Origin: an uncultured virus (IMG/VR IMGVR_UViG_3300020045_010788)
Taxonomy: Duplodnaviria > Heunggongvirae > Uroviricota > Caudoviricetes
Virus record (IMG/VR): IMGVR_UViG_3300020045_010788
DNA: 20,000 nt
Strand: one strand, 5' to 3'
The notes below the pieces were generated by a model. It had not been told where the DNA came from, made no database searches, and saw only the letters and a list, made by a program, of their open reading frames with translations. Positions 9,246 to 16,990 of the stretch are shown here, one piece after another. Each line of letters begins with the position of its first letter. The stretch's first letter is position 1. The position numbers were made by a program, and so were the translations under genes.

Positions 9246-9422
9246 ATGGACGAAATAATAAATGATGGTGAAAAGTATTATTTAAGAGCAAGAATGGATA
9301 ATACATTAGTTTATGAGAGTGCTTCGGGTGGAGATGCAATTGTAATTGTTAATGCCGAAATAATATGTACAATAAGGGCTATTTCAACCGGAAATGTCGG
9401 AATGGTTGACGTTATGGTTTAA
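9246..9422 (+). CDS. Cassette 5 small hypothetical protein
   Basis: Fills the cassette; ATG 9246 (alternative 9213 inside the site). Confidence 0.65.
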   Translation: MDEIINDGEKYYLRARMDNTLVYESASGGDAIVIVNAEIICTIRAISTGNVGMVDVMV

Positions 9423-9430
9423 TTGGCTAT

Positions 9431-9552
9431 AACGTTGAGCGTATGTGCTGTGTGGGAATACGAATAACGTATTTATCCACATACACCAACGCTAAATACG
9501 AGAAATGAACTTTAATAACTTACTGAAACCCACATAGCATATACGCTGTGTT
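9431..9552. repeat. attC-like hairpin site 5
   Basis: AACG..AGCGTATGTGCTGTGTGGG / CCCACATAGCATATACGCT..TGTT. Confidence 0.85.
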
Positions 9553-9567
9553 ATATACAGGCTTTTT

Positions 9568-10203
9568 ATGAAGATTTTAAATTTATACGCAGGAATTGGA
9601 GGCAATAGGCTACTTTGGGGCGATGACCACGAAATAACAGCTATTGAGTATAATTCAGAAATAGCAAAAGAATATCAAAGGTTATTTCCAAATGATACAG
9701 TAATTGTAACCGATGCCCATAAATATTTAATTGACCATGTTTTAGACGGATGGGATTTTATTTGGGCTTCGCCTCCATGCCCAAGCCATAGCCGAATAAA
9801 TACCGATGGAAACCATGCACCACGTTACCCGGAGATGACATTATACCAAGAAATAATAATGCTAAGTAATAACTGGTATAAAGGCAAATGGGTAATTGAA
9901 AATGTAATACCTTATTACGAACCAATCATAAGACCTAATGTAGAAATAGATAGACATTATTTCTGGTGTAATTTTAGGGTAAATAAAATTGAAGTTAAAG
10001 CCGAAAAAAGCATTAAAGACCAAAGCGGTACAAATGGAAGATTTGGTTTTAACCTTAAAGGAATTGACATTAAAGCCAATAAAAGACAAGTATTAAGAAA
10101 CTTGGTTAACCCTGAAATTGGCTTACACTTTTTAAATCGAGCTTTTGAAATTGCAGAAAGTAACAAATCAAAGCAGAAAACTTTATTCGATGCAGTTTTT
10201 TAA
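9568..10203 (+). CDS. Cassette 6 C5 DNA cytosine methyltransferase
   Basis: Motif I LNLYAGIGG, motif IV WASPPC, motif VI IENV, C-terminal LRNLVNPEIG. Confidence 0.88.
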   Translation: MKILNLYAGIGGNRLLWGDDHEITAIEYNSEIAKEYQRLFPNDTVIVTDAHKYLIDHVLDGWDFIWASPPCPSHSRINTDGNHAPRYPEMTLYQEIIMLSNNWYKGKWVIENVIPYYEPIIRPNVEIDRHYFWCNFRVNKIEVKAEKSIKDQSGTNGRFGFNLKGIDIKANKRQVLRNLVNPEIGLHFLNRAFEIAESNKSKQKTLFDAVF

Positions 10204-10213
10204 GCTTGTATAT

Positions 10214-10335
10214 AACGGTTTCCGCTATGAGTAGTGGCGGTTTTGGAACTACTCACTATCAAAATACAACAAATGAATATAGAAAGCACAACACAACAAT
10301 TACCACTTAACCCGCCATTACTTATAGCGAGTGTT
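10214..10335. repeat. attC-like hairpin site 6
   Basis: AACG..CGCTATGAGTAGTGGCGG / CCGCCATTACTTATAGCG..TGTT. Confidence 0.85.
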
Positions 10336-10665
10336 AGTGGCTGTACTTCTTGGGATGAATGGTTAGAAAAAACCGAAGCATCATTAAAAGATATTGGATA
10401 CAGAAAATACAAGCAGAATTTAAAGCACGAAGATTTTGCTTACTGGAAAGAGTTTGAAGGTTATCAGGTTGGTTTATTTTTCTATGATTTTAGAAAACAT
10501 CAAAATCAATTTAACTTACCCGAAAGAATTGGTGTTCAATTTGAATGTATGTTTACTGATATTGACGAAAGAATTGATTTGTCAGTTAGTAAGGATATTT
10601 CGTTAGAACAATTTGAAAATATGGCTAAAACTTTCATTGATGCTATGTTTCAGTATTGCCACTAA
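10273..10665 (+). CDS. Cassette 7 hypothetical protein
   Basis: Starts inside site 6; its stop TAA is part of the TAAC of site 7. Confidence 0.75.
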   Translation: MNIESTTQQLPLNPPLLIASVSGCTSWDEWLEKTEASLKDIGYRKYKQNLKHEDFAYWKEFEGYQVGLFFYDFRKHQNQFNLPERIGVQFECMFTDIDERIDLSVSKDISLEQFENMAKTFIDAMFQYCH

Positions 10666-10786
10666 CGGTGGCGGTATGAAAGCGTGCCGATTTGCGAGCT
10701 GTAAACTATCAAATTTTGACAAATTATGAACGGAGCTACACACTTTAATAAACCACTACACTCGGCATGTTTTATGACCGCGTGTT
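10664..10786. repeat. attC-like hairpin site 7
   Basis: AACG..GCGGTATGAAAGCGTGCCGA / TCGGCATGTTTTATGACCGC..TGTT. Confidence 0.85.
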
Positions 10787-10840
10787 AGCGGTATGGCATT
10801 TGTTTAATTCATTATAAATTAACATTTTAAATTTAAAAAC

Positions 10841-11302
10841 ATGAACATTTTAAAACAAATTAAATCAATTTGCGATGGTATTGAGTATTCAAGAGATATA
10901 CCTGAAGAAGCTAAAAAACTTGCTAAAGAAAATGGCATAGTTGTAATTGTTGGCGGTAGCGATGACTTAATGTACGCATACGGAGCTGAAAGTTATTTAA
11001 CTGATTATTGCGAACACTCCGAAGGTTGGGATGGTTGTGATCTTACAAAACACGCAAGCGACAAACAATTATTGAAAGAAGCCAAACAATTAGGATTAAA
11101 GATTTTTTGGTGCGGAACAATTGAAAAAACAGGCGAGCAAATTGAAGATTACAAAACAGCCGAAAGCGGAGCATTTAGCTATAAAGTAGCTGACAATATT
11201 GAACATCTAAATTTTAAAGTAATGGAAGATGAAGATGTTTATTGCACAGGTATAATTATCAAATTGCCTGACGGATTTATCAGTTCAAAAGATGACGAGT
11301 AG
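10841..11302 (+). CDS. Cassette 8 hypothetical phage protein
   Basis: 153-aa ORF with AKENGIVVIVGGSDDLM and EDEDVYCTGII motifs. Confidence 0.8.
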   Translation: MNILKQIKSICDGIEYSRDIPEEAKKLAKENGIVVIVGGSDDLMYAYGAESYLTDYCEHSEGWDGCDLTKHASDKQLLKEAKQLGLKIFWCGTIEKTGEQIEDYKTAESGAFSYKVADNIEHLNFKVMEDEDVYCTGIIIKLPDGFISSKDDE

Positions 11303-11336
11303 TCTCAATGCGGTAGGCTGTTTTATGCTTACCGCT

Positions 11337-11424
11337 AACGGTGGTTGTATGCGTTCGGTTTTGCTTGCATACGACTATCAATTTACACGGAATTACCCAG
11401 CAAAACTGACGTATACAACGTGTT
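11337..11424. repeat. attC-like hairpin site 8 (short, 88 bp)
   Basis: AACG..GTTGTATGCGTTCGGTTTTGCT / AGCAAAACTGACGTATACAAC..TGTT. Confidence 0.85.
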
Positions 11425-11468
11425 ATCGCTTCGGTTTTTATTACTAATCTTTTAAACAATAAATAATT

Positions 11469-11954
11469 ATGGCAACCAAAATTTTAAGTTACGAAGAAAT
11501 AATTGAACAAGCCCGCTCATCTTGGGGTGGAAAAATTGGAGATGAACGAGCCGAATCAGTAAAAAAAATACTCGATACAAGGCTTGAAAATTACCATAAA
11601 ATTACCGGCATTTCCAAAGATGAAATTCTAATTGCTTTTGAAAAGGCAAGAAATGTAAATACCGTAAACTTTTACCAAGAAAGTAATTTTCCACTTTTGG
11701 AAGATGTTCAAGTATTTGAAACACTCGAAGATTACAAAAAAGCATTTCCATCCGGTAAATATATTTGCCCTTCATGTGGAAAAGAAAGCACAGACCCTTA
11801 CGAGTGTTCACAAGAAAAATGTGACTGGAAAGTTTATGGATTGTTTGGTGATTTAGGGAAAGGAATAAAAGTAATTATCAAAGATAAATTTCTTGAACAT
11901 CCTGTTCCTATGAGAATTTTTAAACCTGTCGAACTGGTTACGGTCGCTTCCTAA
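11469..11954 (+). CDS. Cassette 9 hypothetical protein with Zn-ribbon-like Cys cluster
   Basis: NFYQESNFP, CPSCG...PYEC....CDWKVYGLF. Confidence 0.8.
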   Translation: MATKILSYEEIIEQARSSWGGKIGDERAESVKKILDTRLENYHKITGISKDEILIAFEKARNVNTVNFYQESNFPLLEDVQVFETLEDYKKAFPSGKYICPSCGKESTDPYECSQEKCDWKVYGLFGDLGKGIKVIIKDKFLEHPVPMRIFKPVELVTVAS

Positions 11955-11964
11955 ACTGATCGAT

Positions 11965-12085
11965 AACGATGGCAATAAAAAACGAAAGGGATTTAAAACC
12001 GCTTCTTTATCCACCGTTACAGACCTTGCAAACAGCTACATCGCTTGAATTACAGATAATACCCTTTTGTTTTTTATTGCGTGTT
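11965..12085. repeat. attC-like hairpin site 9
   Basis: AACG..GCAATAAAAAACGAAAGGG / CCCTTTTGTTTTTTATTGC..TGTT. Confidence 0.85.
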
Positions 12086-12123
12086 AGCAAACGTATTTTA
12101 TTAATAACTAAATAATTATCAAA

Positions 12124-12351
12124 ATGGAAGAAAAATTTAACGAGATACTTCAAAAGCATGAAATTAGGTTAATTGACTTTGAAAGAGAAAAAAACGAAAT
12201 GGCTCAAAAATGCCTATTTTTAAAAGAACACGGATTTAACAAAGAACTTGAATGGCTAAACCACGAAAGACAATCAAAAATAGATTTATTTTTAAACTAT
12301 CGTGATGCAATAAAAGAATTAAGAGAGCTTCTAAATGCGTGGAACTCTTAA
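12124..12351 (+). CDS. Cassette 10 small helical hypothetical protein
   Basis: ORF fills the cassette. Confidence 0.75.
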   Translation: MEEKFNEILQKHEIRLIDFEREKNEMAQKCLFLKEHGFNKELEWLNHERQSKIDLFLNYRDAIKELRELLNAWNS

Positions 12352-12361
12352 TATGTTTGCT

Positions 12362-12482
12362 AACGTTTTGCATAAGACCAGTAGCGGAATAGGAAGCAGT
12401 ACACTATCAACCGTTACACACTCAATAAAATGTACTGCACTAACATACACCACTGAAACCGCTATTGGTTTTATGCGGTGTT
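12362..12482. repeat. attC-like hairpin site 10
   Basis: AACG..GCATAAGACCAGTAGCGG / CCGCTATTGGTTTTATGC..TGTT. Confidence 0.85.
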
Positions 12483-12497
12483 AGCAAATCGTTTATT

Positions 12498-12779
12498 ATG
12501 ACAACAATTGATGAAGAGCAATTAAAATTAGAAATTGCACACATATTTGAAAGTGGAGCAAACGAAATCAGAATTTTAGAAATGGTTAAGAGCTTTGTTA
12601 ATAGCCGAAATATTATTAATCAAAACAAGCCTCAATTACCATTAGAACGCATAAAAACTATGGCACTTGATTGGGCTAAAGATAGAAGTGTTGGCAATGC
12701 TGAACAGGATGATGAATGCAGATACGACTACGAATGTGGTATGCTATCTGCTCGGAGCATTCTTTTAAATGTTTGCTAA
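12498..12779 (+). CDS. Cassette 11 hypothetical protein
   Basis: ATG 12498; its stop TAA is part of the TAAC of site 11. Confidence 0.75.
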   Translation: MTTIDEEQLKLEIAHIFESGANEIRILEMVKSFVNSRNIINQNKPQLPLERIKTMALDWAKDRSVGNAEQDDECRYDYECGMLSARSILLNVC

Positions 12780-12899
12780 CGTTAAATGTTTGTGCAGTTG
12801 GGGATAAAAACCACTGCACTATCAAAAATAGTAGAAACATAATAAATAGATACACAGATGAACACACCACAAACACCCCAATTGCATAAACATAGTGTT
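12778..12899. repeat. attC-like hairpin site 11
   Basis: AACG..ATGTTTGTGCAGTTGGGG / CCCCAATTGCATAAACAT..TGTT. Confidence 0.85.
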
Positions 12900-13181
12900 A
12901 GCCGTTCGGCATTTTTAAAGTTAAAATTTCCATCACTGCCTTATTGTGAGTTTGGTTTAAAATCAGGTAGTTCAACTAAATGGAACGAATCTTGGCACTA
13001 TAAAAATGCAAGTTCAGGCGTTCAGGTAAATGCATTATGGTATGATGATGAAACGGTATCAATAGGTGTTTATGACCCTCGAATTAAAAACAAATTTGAA
13101 GTTAATAAAACCGTTTTTGACAAATCAGGAAACTTCAATCAAGAAATTTTAGAAATGTATTGCCGTCGTTTTTTATGCTGA
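12858..13181 (+). CDS. Cassette 12 hypothetical protein
   Basis: Starts in the loop of site 11; no usable Met after the GTT. Confidence 0.75.
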   Translation: MNTPQTPQLHKHSVSRSAFLKLKFPSLPYCEFGLKSGSSTKWNESWHYKNASSGVQVNALWYDDETVSIGVYDPRIKNKFEVNKTVFDKSGNFNQEILEMYCRRFLC

Positions 13182-13210
13182 CGGCTAACTCGTTTATATA
13201 CGCAATAGCC
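13175..13210. other. Terminal half-site (attI candidate): ATGCTGACGGCTAAC-TCGTTTATATACGC
   Basis: Has the cassette-12 complementary flank and AAC, but reads AACT rather than AACG and has no matching right arm. Confidence 0.5.
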
Positions 13211-13229
13211 ACAATAGTTAACTATCAGT

Positions 13230-13451
13230 ATGATAATAAATAAACCTATTGAAATCATATATGCTATTTCAGAAATAGCAGGATATGGTTTTGGAAAAGA
13301 CAAATTGCTTTATAATTTAAAAACGAAGCACATTAAGAAGCAGTGTTACAATAATGGTTCCATTGGATATTGGTTAAATGGCAAATTTTATTCATTGAAA
13401 AAATTAAGACCAATGTTAACCAAATATATTGAACCAAAAAAGGTCTTTTAA
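13230..13451 (+). CDS. Small basic hypothetical protein next to the array end
   Basis: 73 aa, Lys and aromatic rich (YNNGSIGYWLNGKFYSLKKLR). Confidence 0.75.
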   Translation: MIINKPIEIIYAISEIAGYGFGKDKLLYNLKTKHIKKQCYNNGSIGYWLNGKFYSLKKLRPMLTKYIEPKKVF

Positions 13452-13458
13452 ATTTATT

Positions 13459-13537
13459 GGTGATAAAAAACACCGTGTTTAGATGATGTATATCACCAGT
13501 GATTAGTTGTCAAATGATTGAGATAAGCCTATCTTTG
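13459..13537 (+). promoter_or_regulatory. Two palindromic operators plus a rightward promoter (TTG ... TATCTTTG)
   Basis: GGTGATAAAAAACACC 13459-13474, GATGATGTATATCACC 13482-13497, TTG ending 13509, TATCTTTG 13530-13537. Confidence 0.75.
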
Positions 13538-13706
13538 ATATAACAAAAACGAGTAGCATGAATCACTTAATTATATTTAGAAAGTTTGACATTGCGGGAA
13601 ATATGCGAACAGAATGGCCAACCATATGAATTATGTTTAAAGGCCGGCATAACAAAAAGGAGTATGATTGAATCAATGATAAATAAGCAGAAATTAATTA
13701 ATAAAT

Positions 13707-13868
13707 ATGCAAGAGATAATTAAAGAATTGAGAAGCAAAGGCAAGCTAATGAATAGGATTGCGGATAAAATAGAGATAGGCGCATTAACTATTGGGGAAC
13801 TCGCCGTTATTTGTAATCAGTTTGGATTTAACCTTAATATAACTAAAAATGAGAACACAAATAGTTAA
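13707..13868 (+). CDS. Small 53-aa protein, possibly HTH-like (MQEIIKELRSKGKLMNRIADKIEIGALTIGELAVICNQFG...)
   Basis: Translated by hand; HTH resemblance is weak. Confidence 0.45.
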   Translation: MQEIIKELRSKGKLMNRIADKIEIGALTIGELAVICNQFGFNLNITKNENTNS

Positions 13869-14064
13869 TCAATTGGGGCTATCAGATAGCGATCTCGATA
13901 AAATTAATAACGCATTAACGTATATAGATCAGCCTGGATTTGCTAATGTTTTTAATCCCGAAGCCATAATTAATGACATATGTGACAACATAGATAATTG
14001 CACGATTTGCATTCGCAAATTTGTTGAAATAATGGTTCATAAAACAATTCCTTGCCTAAATTAA
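13849..14064 (+). CDS. Hypothetical protein
   Basis: ORF in the early operon. Confidence 0.6.
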   Translation: MRTQIVNQLGLSDSDLDKINNALTYIDQPGFANVFNPEAIINDICDNIDNCTICIRKFVEIMVHKTIPCLN

Positions 14065-14273
14065 TAATTATGAAATATATGATAAATCGCAATAATAATT
14101 GGAATGACATTATGATATTAGTTATCATTTATTCATATATGATAACATGTATTATTTCCACAATTTTGCTTTTATTAAGCGTTAATCCAAAGATAATATT
14201 TACTTATTTGGCTGGAATTACAATATCATACTCATTAATTGTGCTATTAATTTATAATACCACTAAAAAATGA
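14052..14273 (+). CDS. Small membrane protein with two predicted TM helices
   Basis: Two long hydrophobic stretches; true start probably ATG near 14070-14079. Confidence 0.55.
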   Translation: MPKLIIMKYMINRNNNWNDIMILVIIYSYMITCIISTILLLLSVNPKIIFTYLAGITISYSLIVLLIYNTTKK

Positions 14274-14587
14274 GTATTATATTAAACCCCGATAAAATAG
14301 TATTAGATGAAATCAAATTTTATAGAAAAACAGGGATTAAACCAATTAAAAAAAGGTTGTCCAAGGATGAAAAGTTCGATTTTATTTGCAATACCATTCA
14401 TGTAAGTTTTGGATTAGGATATTCAGCAACGTTTAGTAGGATGACCAAGAAATTCACCCTATTTAAAAACGGAAAGTTTCAAGGATTTATTGATAACGCT
14501 GATTTAAAAGAACAAATAGGCATTATGTGTGATGATATTAATCGAATTGAAAAAAATAAAAGAGATGAAAACAATACCAACGATTGA
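14270..14587 (+). CDS. Hypothetical protein
   Basis: ORF overlapping the preceding gene end. Confidence 0.65.
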   Translation: MSIILNPDKIVLDEIKFYRKTGIKPIKKRLSKDEKFDFICNTIHVSFGLGYSATFSRMTKKFTLFKNGKFQGFIDNADLKEQIGIMCDDINRIEKNKRDENNTND

Positions 14588-14726
14588 AGGCGAAAGAAAT
14601 CATCAAGAATGGCATTGCGGAGGTAAAGAAATAAAGCAATTGACCGCCATGTTCTGGTTTATTAGATCAACTCTTGACACGCGTAAATTGGCGTTAGAAT
14701 TAGATATAAATAAACACCTAAACTGA
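14565..14726 (+). CDS. Small hypothetical protein (MKTIPTIEGERN...)
   Basis: ORF; likely start overlaps the previous gene end. Confidence 0.5.
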   Translation: MKTIPTIEGERNHQEWHCGGKEIKQLTAMFWFIRSTLDTRKLALELDINKHLN

Positions 14727-15014
14727 TGACGCGAGACTATACTAAATATTGTAATGACAAGGAATCCCTGGGGGACTTGTTCAACACAGAAGAAAACAAA
14801 AGAATTAGAGAAAAAGCATCCGGACTTTCGATGTTTTCTGACTGTATACTGGAGGGCTAAACATGGTAGCTAGATTTCGCGATATGGCAACTAAAACGGC
14901 TCTCTTTTTCTCTAAAAAATTAACCGTAATCCATATATCAGAAAATATGGAAATGTGGATTTTAAAGAAAAGAAGAAGATTCAAAGATTTTGATTTTTAT
15001 AAAAACTGAAAAAT

Positions 15015-15206
15015 ATGAAAAAACACCTACAAAAAGCATTAGCCAACGCAGATGCCGAAAGAGACAAGTTAGAACAAAGCGAACTTTTTCAAGGCAAGAA
15101 GCATTCGAGCCTGAAATTAAGCCAGAAAATAAATATAACCATCCTTTGGCTGTTAGTAATAGCCGCCATAGCGTTTTATGTAATTAAAGGCGTGGAGGGT
15201 TGGTAA
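15015..15206 (+). CDS. Small protein with C-terminal TM helix
   Basis: ITILWLLVIAAIAFYVI hydrophobic stretch. Confidence 0.6.
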   Translation: MKKHLQKALANADAERDKLEQSELFQGKKHSSLKLSQKINITILWLLVIAAIAFYVIKGVEGW

Positions 15207-16261
15207 TGAAAACAAAATACTGGATAAATGAGGCTAAGAACGCCTTTTACGTAATAAGCTTTTTTGTGGGAATGGTATTGGCAATGAAGTATGCCGGAAC
15301 AATAGATGATGTAATCAAAGCACTTAAATCACTATGGTAGTAGGCCGATACATAAAGCCAAATATTCTGATTAAGCTGGTTGGGCGTGAAGTTACCGTAC
15401 ATGTAAATGGAGTAATAAAGGAAAAATTCAACGTTGAACCTGGGTTTGATTTTAGAAAATATAGTGATGAAAAGTTGGATTCTTTGAAATAATGGATTAG
15501 TTTTGCTGGTAGAAAATAAAGCGTTATTCATCTCATGCAGGGGATGTAACAATAAAGATAAATTGGCTTTGCCATATTAGCTCGTAAGATGATCCCCTGC
15601 AAGAGATGACATTTTACGGGCTATTTTCTTTTCACCTCTTACCACCAAAGTGAAAAGCAAAAGATCAAATAATGCTAAACAAAAGGGTGAATTACGTCAT
15701 TAATGACTAATAGTGTGTAAAGAGCTGGCAATGCTGAAACCTTGTACCCAGTGAACTTAATATATACCGACAAACACATTATTCCGTTGGGATTGCGGAC
15801 GGTTTGCATGACTGAAATTTAGGGATTGATATTTTTTACCTTAAATTTAAACCTTGGTTAGCCACATTGGTGGGGATATTAAGGGAAATAAAGGTTTATT
15901 ATAACATATCAATATATTTATAAGCATAATGGAAAATAAAATAATATTAAATCTGACTAAAAAAATAATCAAAACACTTCCTAAATTTTTCGATGACTTT
16001 GAAGGATGGGAGTATTCAACTGGTGTTGATGCCGGAAAAGACTTTAAGTCAATTTATAACATTGCTAAAAAAATAAATAAACAACTTAAATAATGAATAG
16101 AAATAAATTGATAGAACAAATGCTCAAACAAAAAGGCGATGCAAATAATAGGATAGACTTAGATGCATATTGCACTGGCCTTATAGACATGTTTAATAAA
16201 TTACATGAACTTAATAATTCCAAAAAACGACTTAAATAATATTCACTAATAACTAAATAAA

Positions 16262-16951
16262 ATGGGACTAGGGTCACACAATCAAACACAAAAAACCTTC
16301 TTAACTGTAGGGTTTGGGAAAATTCGTCAGAAATCATTGGAAAATAAGCAACGAGTTGATGCTAATACTCCGGGTGCAGTTAAGCGATTAACGCAAAGCG
16401 GCGCTGAATCATGGGCATTAGAGCATGATTATATTTCAGGCCTTATCGAAAACATCTTTTATAAAGAAGACGCCGAATTTGGCAACTCATTCGAGGTTAC
16501 AATTTCAGATAAAGGAGAAAAGTACCAATTATCATTTAGTGAAGAAAGTCGTTTTTGGATTGACTTTATGAAAAAGTTGCCAAATATTGACTTATTGCAG
16601 GAGTTGAAGATAACTGCGTATGACTTTACCGATAAAGAAAACAAACATAAGGCCGGGATTAGTGTTATTCAGAATGACGTAAAAATAACATCTTACTACG
16701 AACACAAAAAAGAAGATGGTAAATGGGATTTTTTACACGGATTCCCATCATCAACAGGAATAGATTTTAAGGATAAAGATGAGCTTAAAATGTATTTCAT
16801 AAAGGTTAAGAAGTTCCTTCGTGGTGAATTTAATCGTTTATTCGCAAGCACATTTTCCACTAAAAAGGAAAACAAGCCATTAGATGAACCTGAAATTCAT
16901 TCAGATTTTGATTTACCCGGAGTTGAACCGGATTCAGATCTTCCATTTTAG
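16262..16951 (+). CDS. Putative single-stranded DNA-binding protein
   Basis: Beta-rich core with acidic C-terminal tail ending DSDLPF; lies in a recombination module. Confidence 0.6.
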   Translation: MGLGSHNQTQKTFLTVGFGKIRQKSLENKQRVDANTPGAVKRLTQSGAESWALEHDYISGLIENIFYKEDAEFGNSFEVTISDKGEKYQLSFSEESRFWIDFMKKLPNIDLLQELKITAYDFTDKENKHKAGISVIQNDVKITSYYEHKKEDGKWDFLHGFPSSTGIDFKDKDELKMYFIKVKKFLRGEFNRLFASTFSTKKENKPLDEPEIHSDFDLPGVEPDSDLPF

Positions 16952-16990
16952 AACGGAAGCAAGATAACTACACATTAGAATAAAAAAGCG

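Larger units (their letters stand above)
7256..13189. mobile_element. Integron-like gene cassette array (12 cassettes, 11 complete attC-like hairpin sites, no integrase in window)
   Basis: Regular alternation of one ORF and one AAC...GTT hairpin; cassette-specific complementarity of cassette ends. Confidence 0.85.

Noticed and set aside
7454..12899. CRISPR array or REP/BIME repeats
   Set aside because: The repeats are ~120 bp, not identical in sequence, and separated by whole genes; no cas or RAYT gene is present.
7454..12899. Simple intrinsic terminators between genes
   Set aside because: Loops are ~45-85 nt, there are no consistent U-tracts, ORFs start inside them, and terminators would not explain the AAC/GTT cores or cassette-end complementarity.
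7203..13451. Complete canonical integron (intI, attI, Pc)
   Set aside because: No tyrosine recombinase ORF on either strand in the window; site architecture and gene polarity differ from classical attC.
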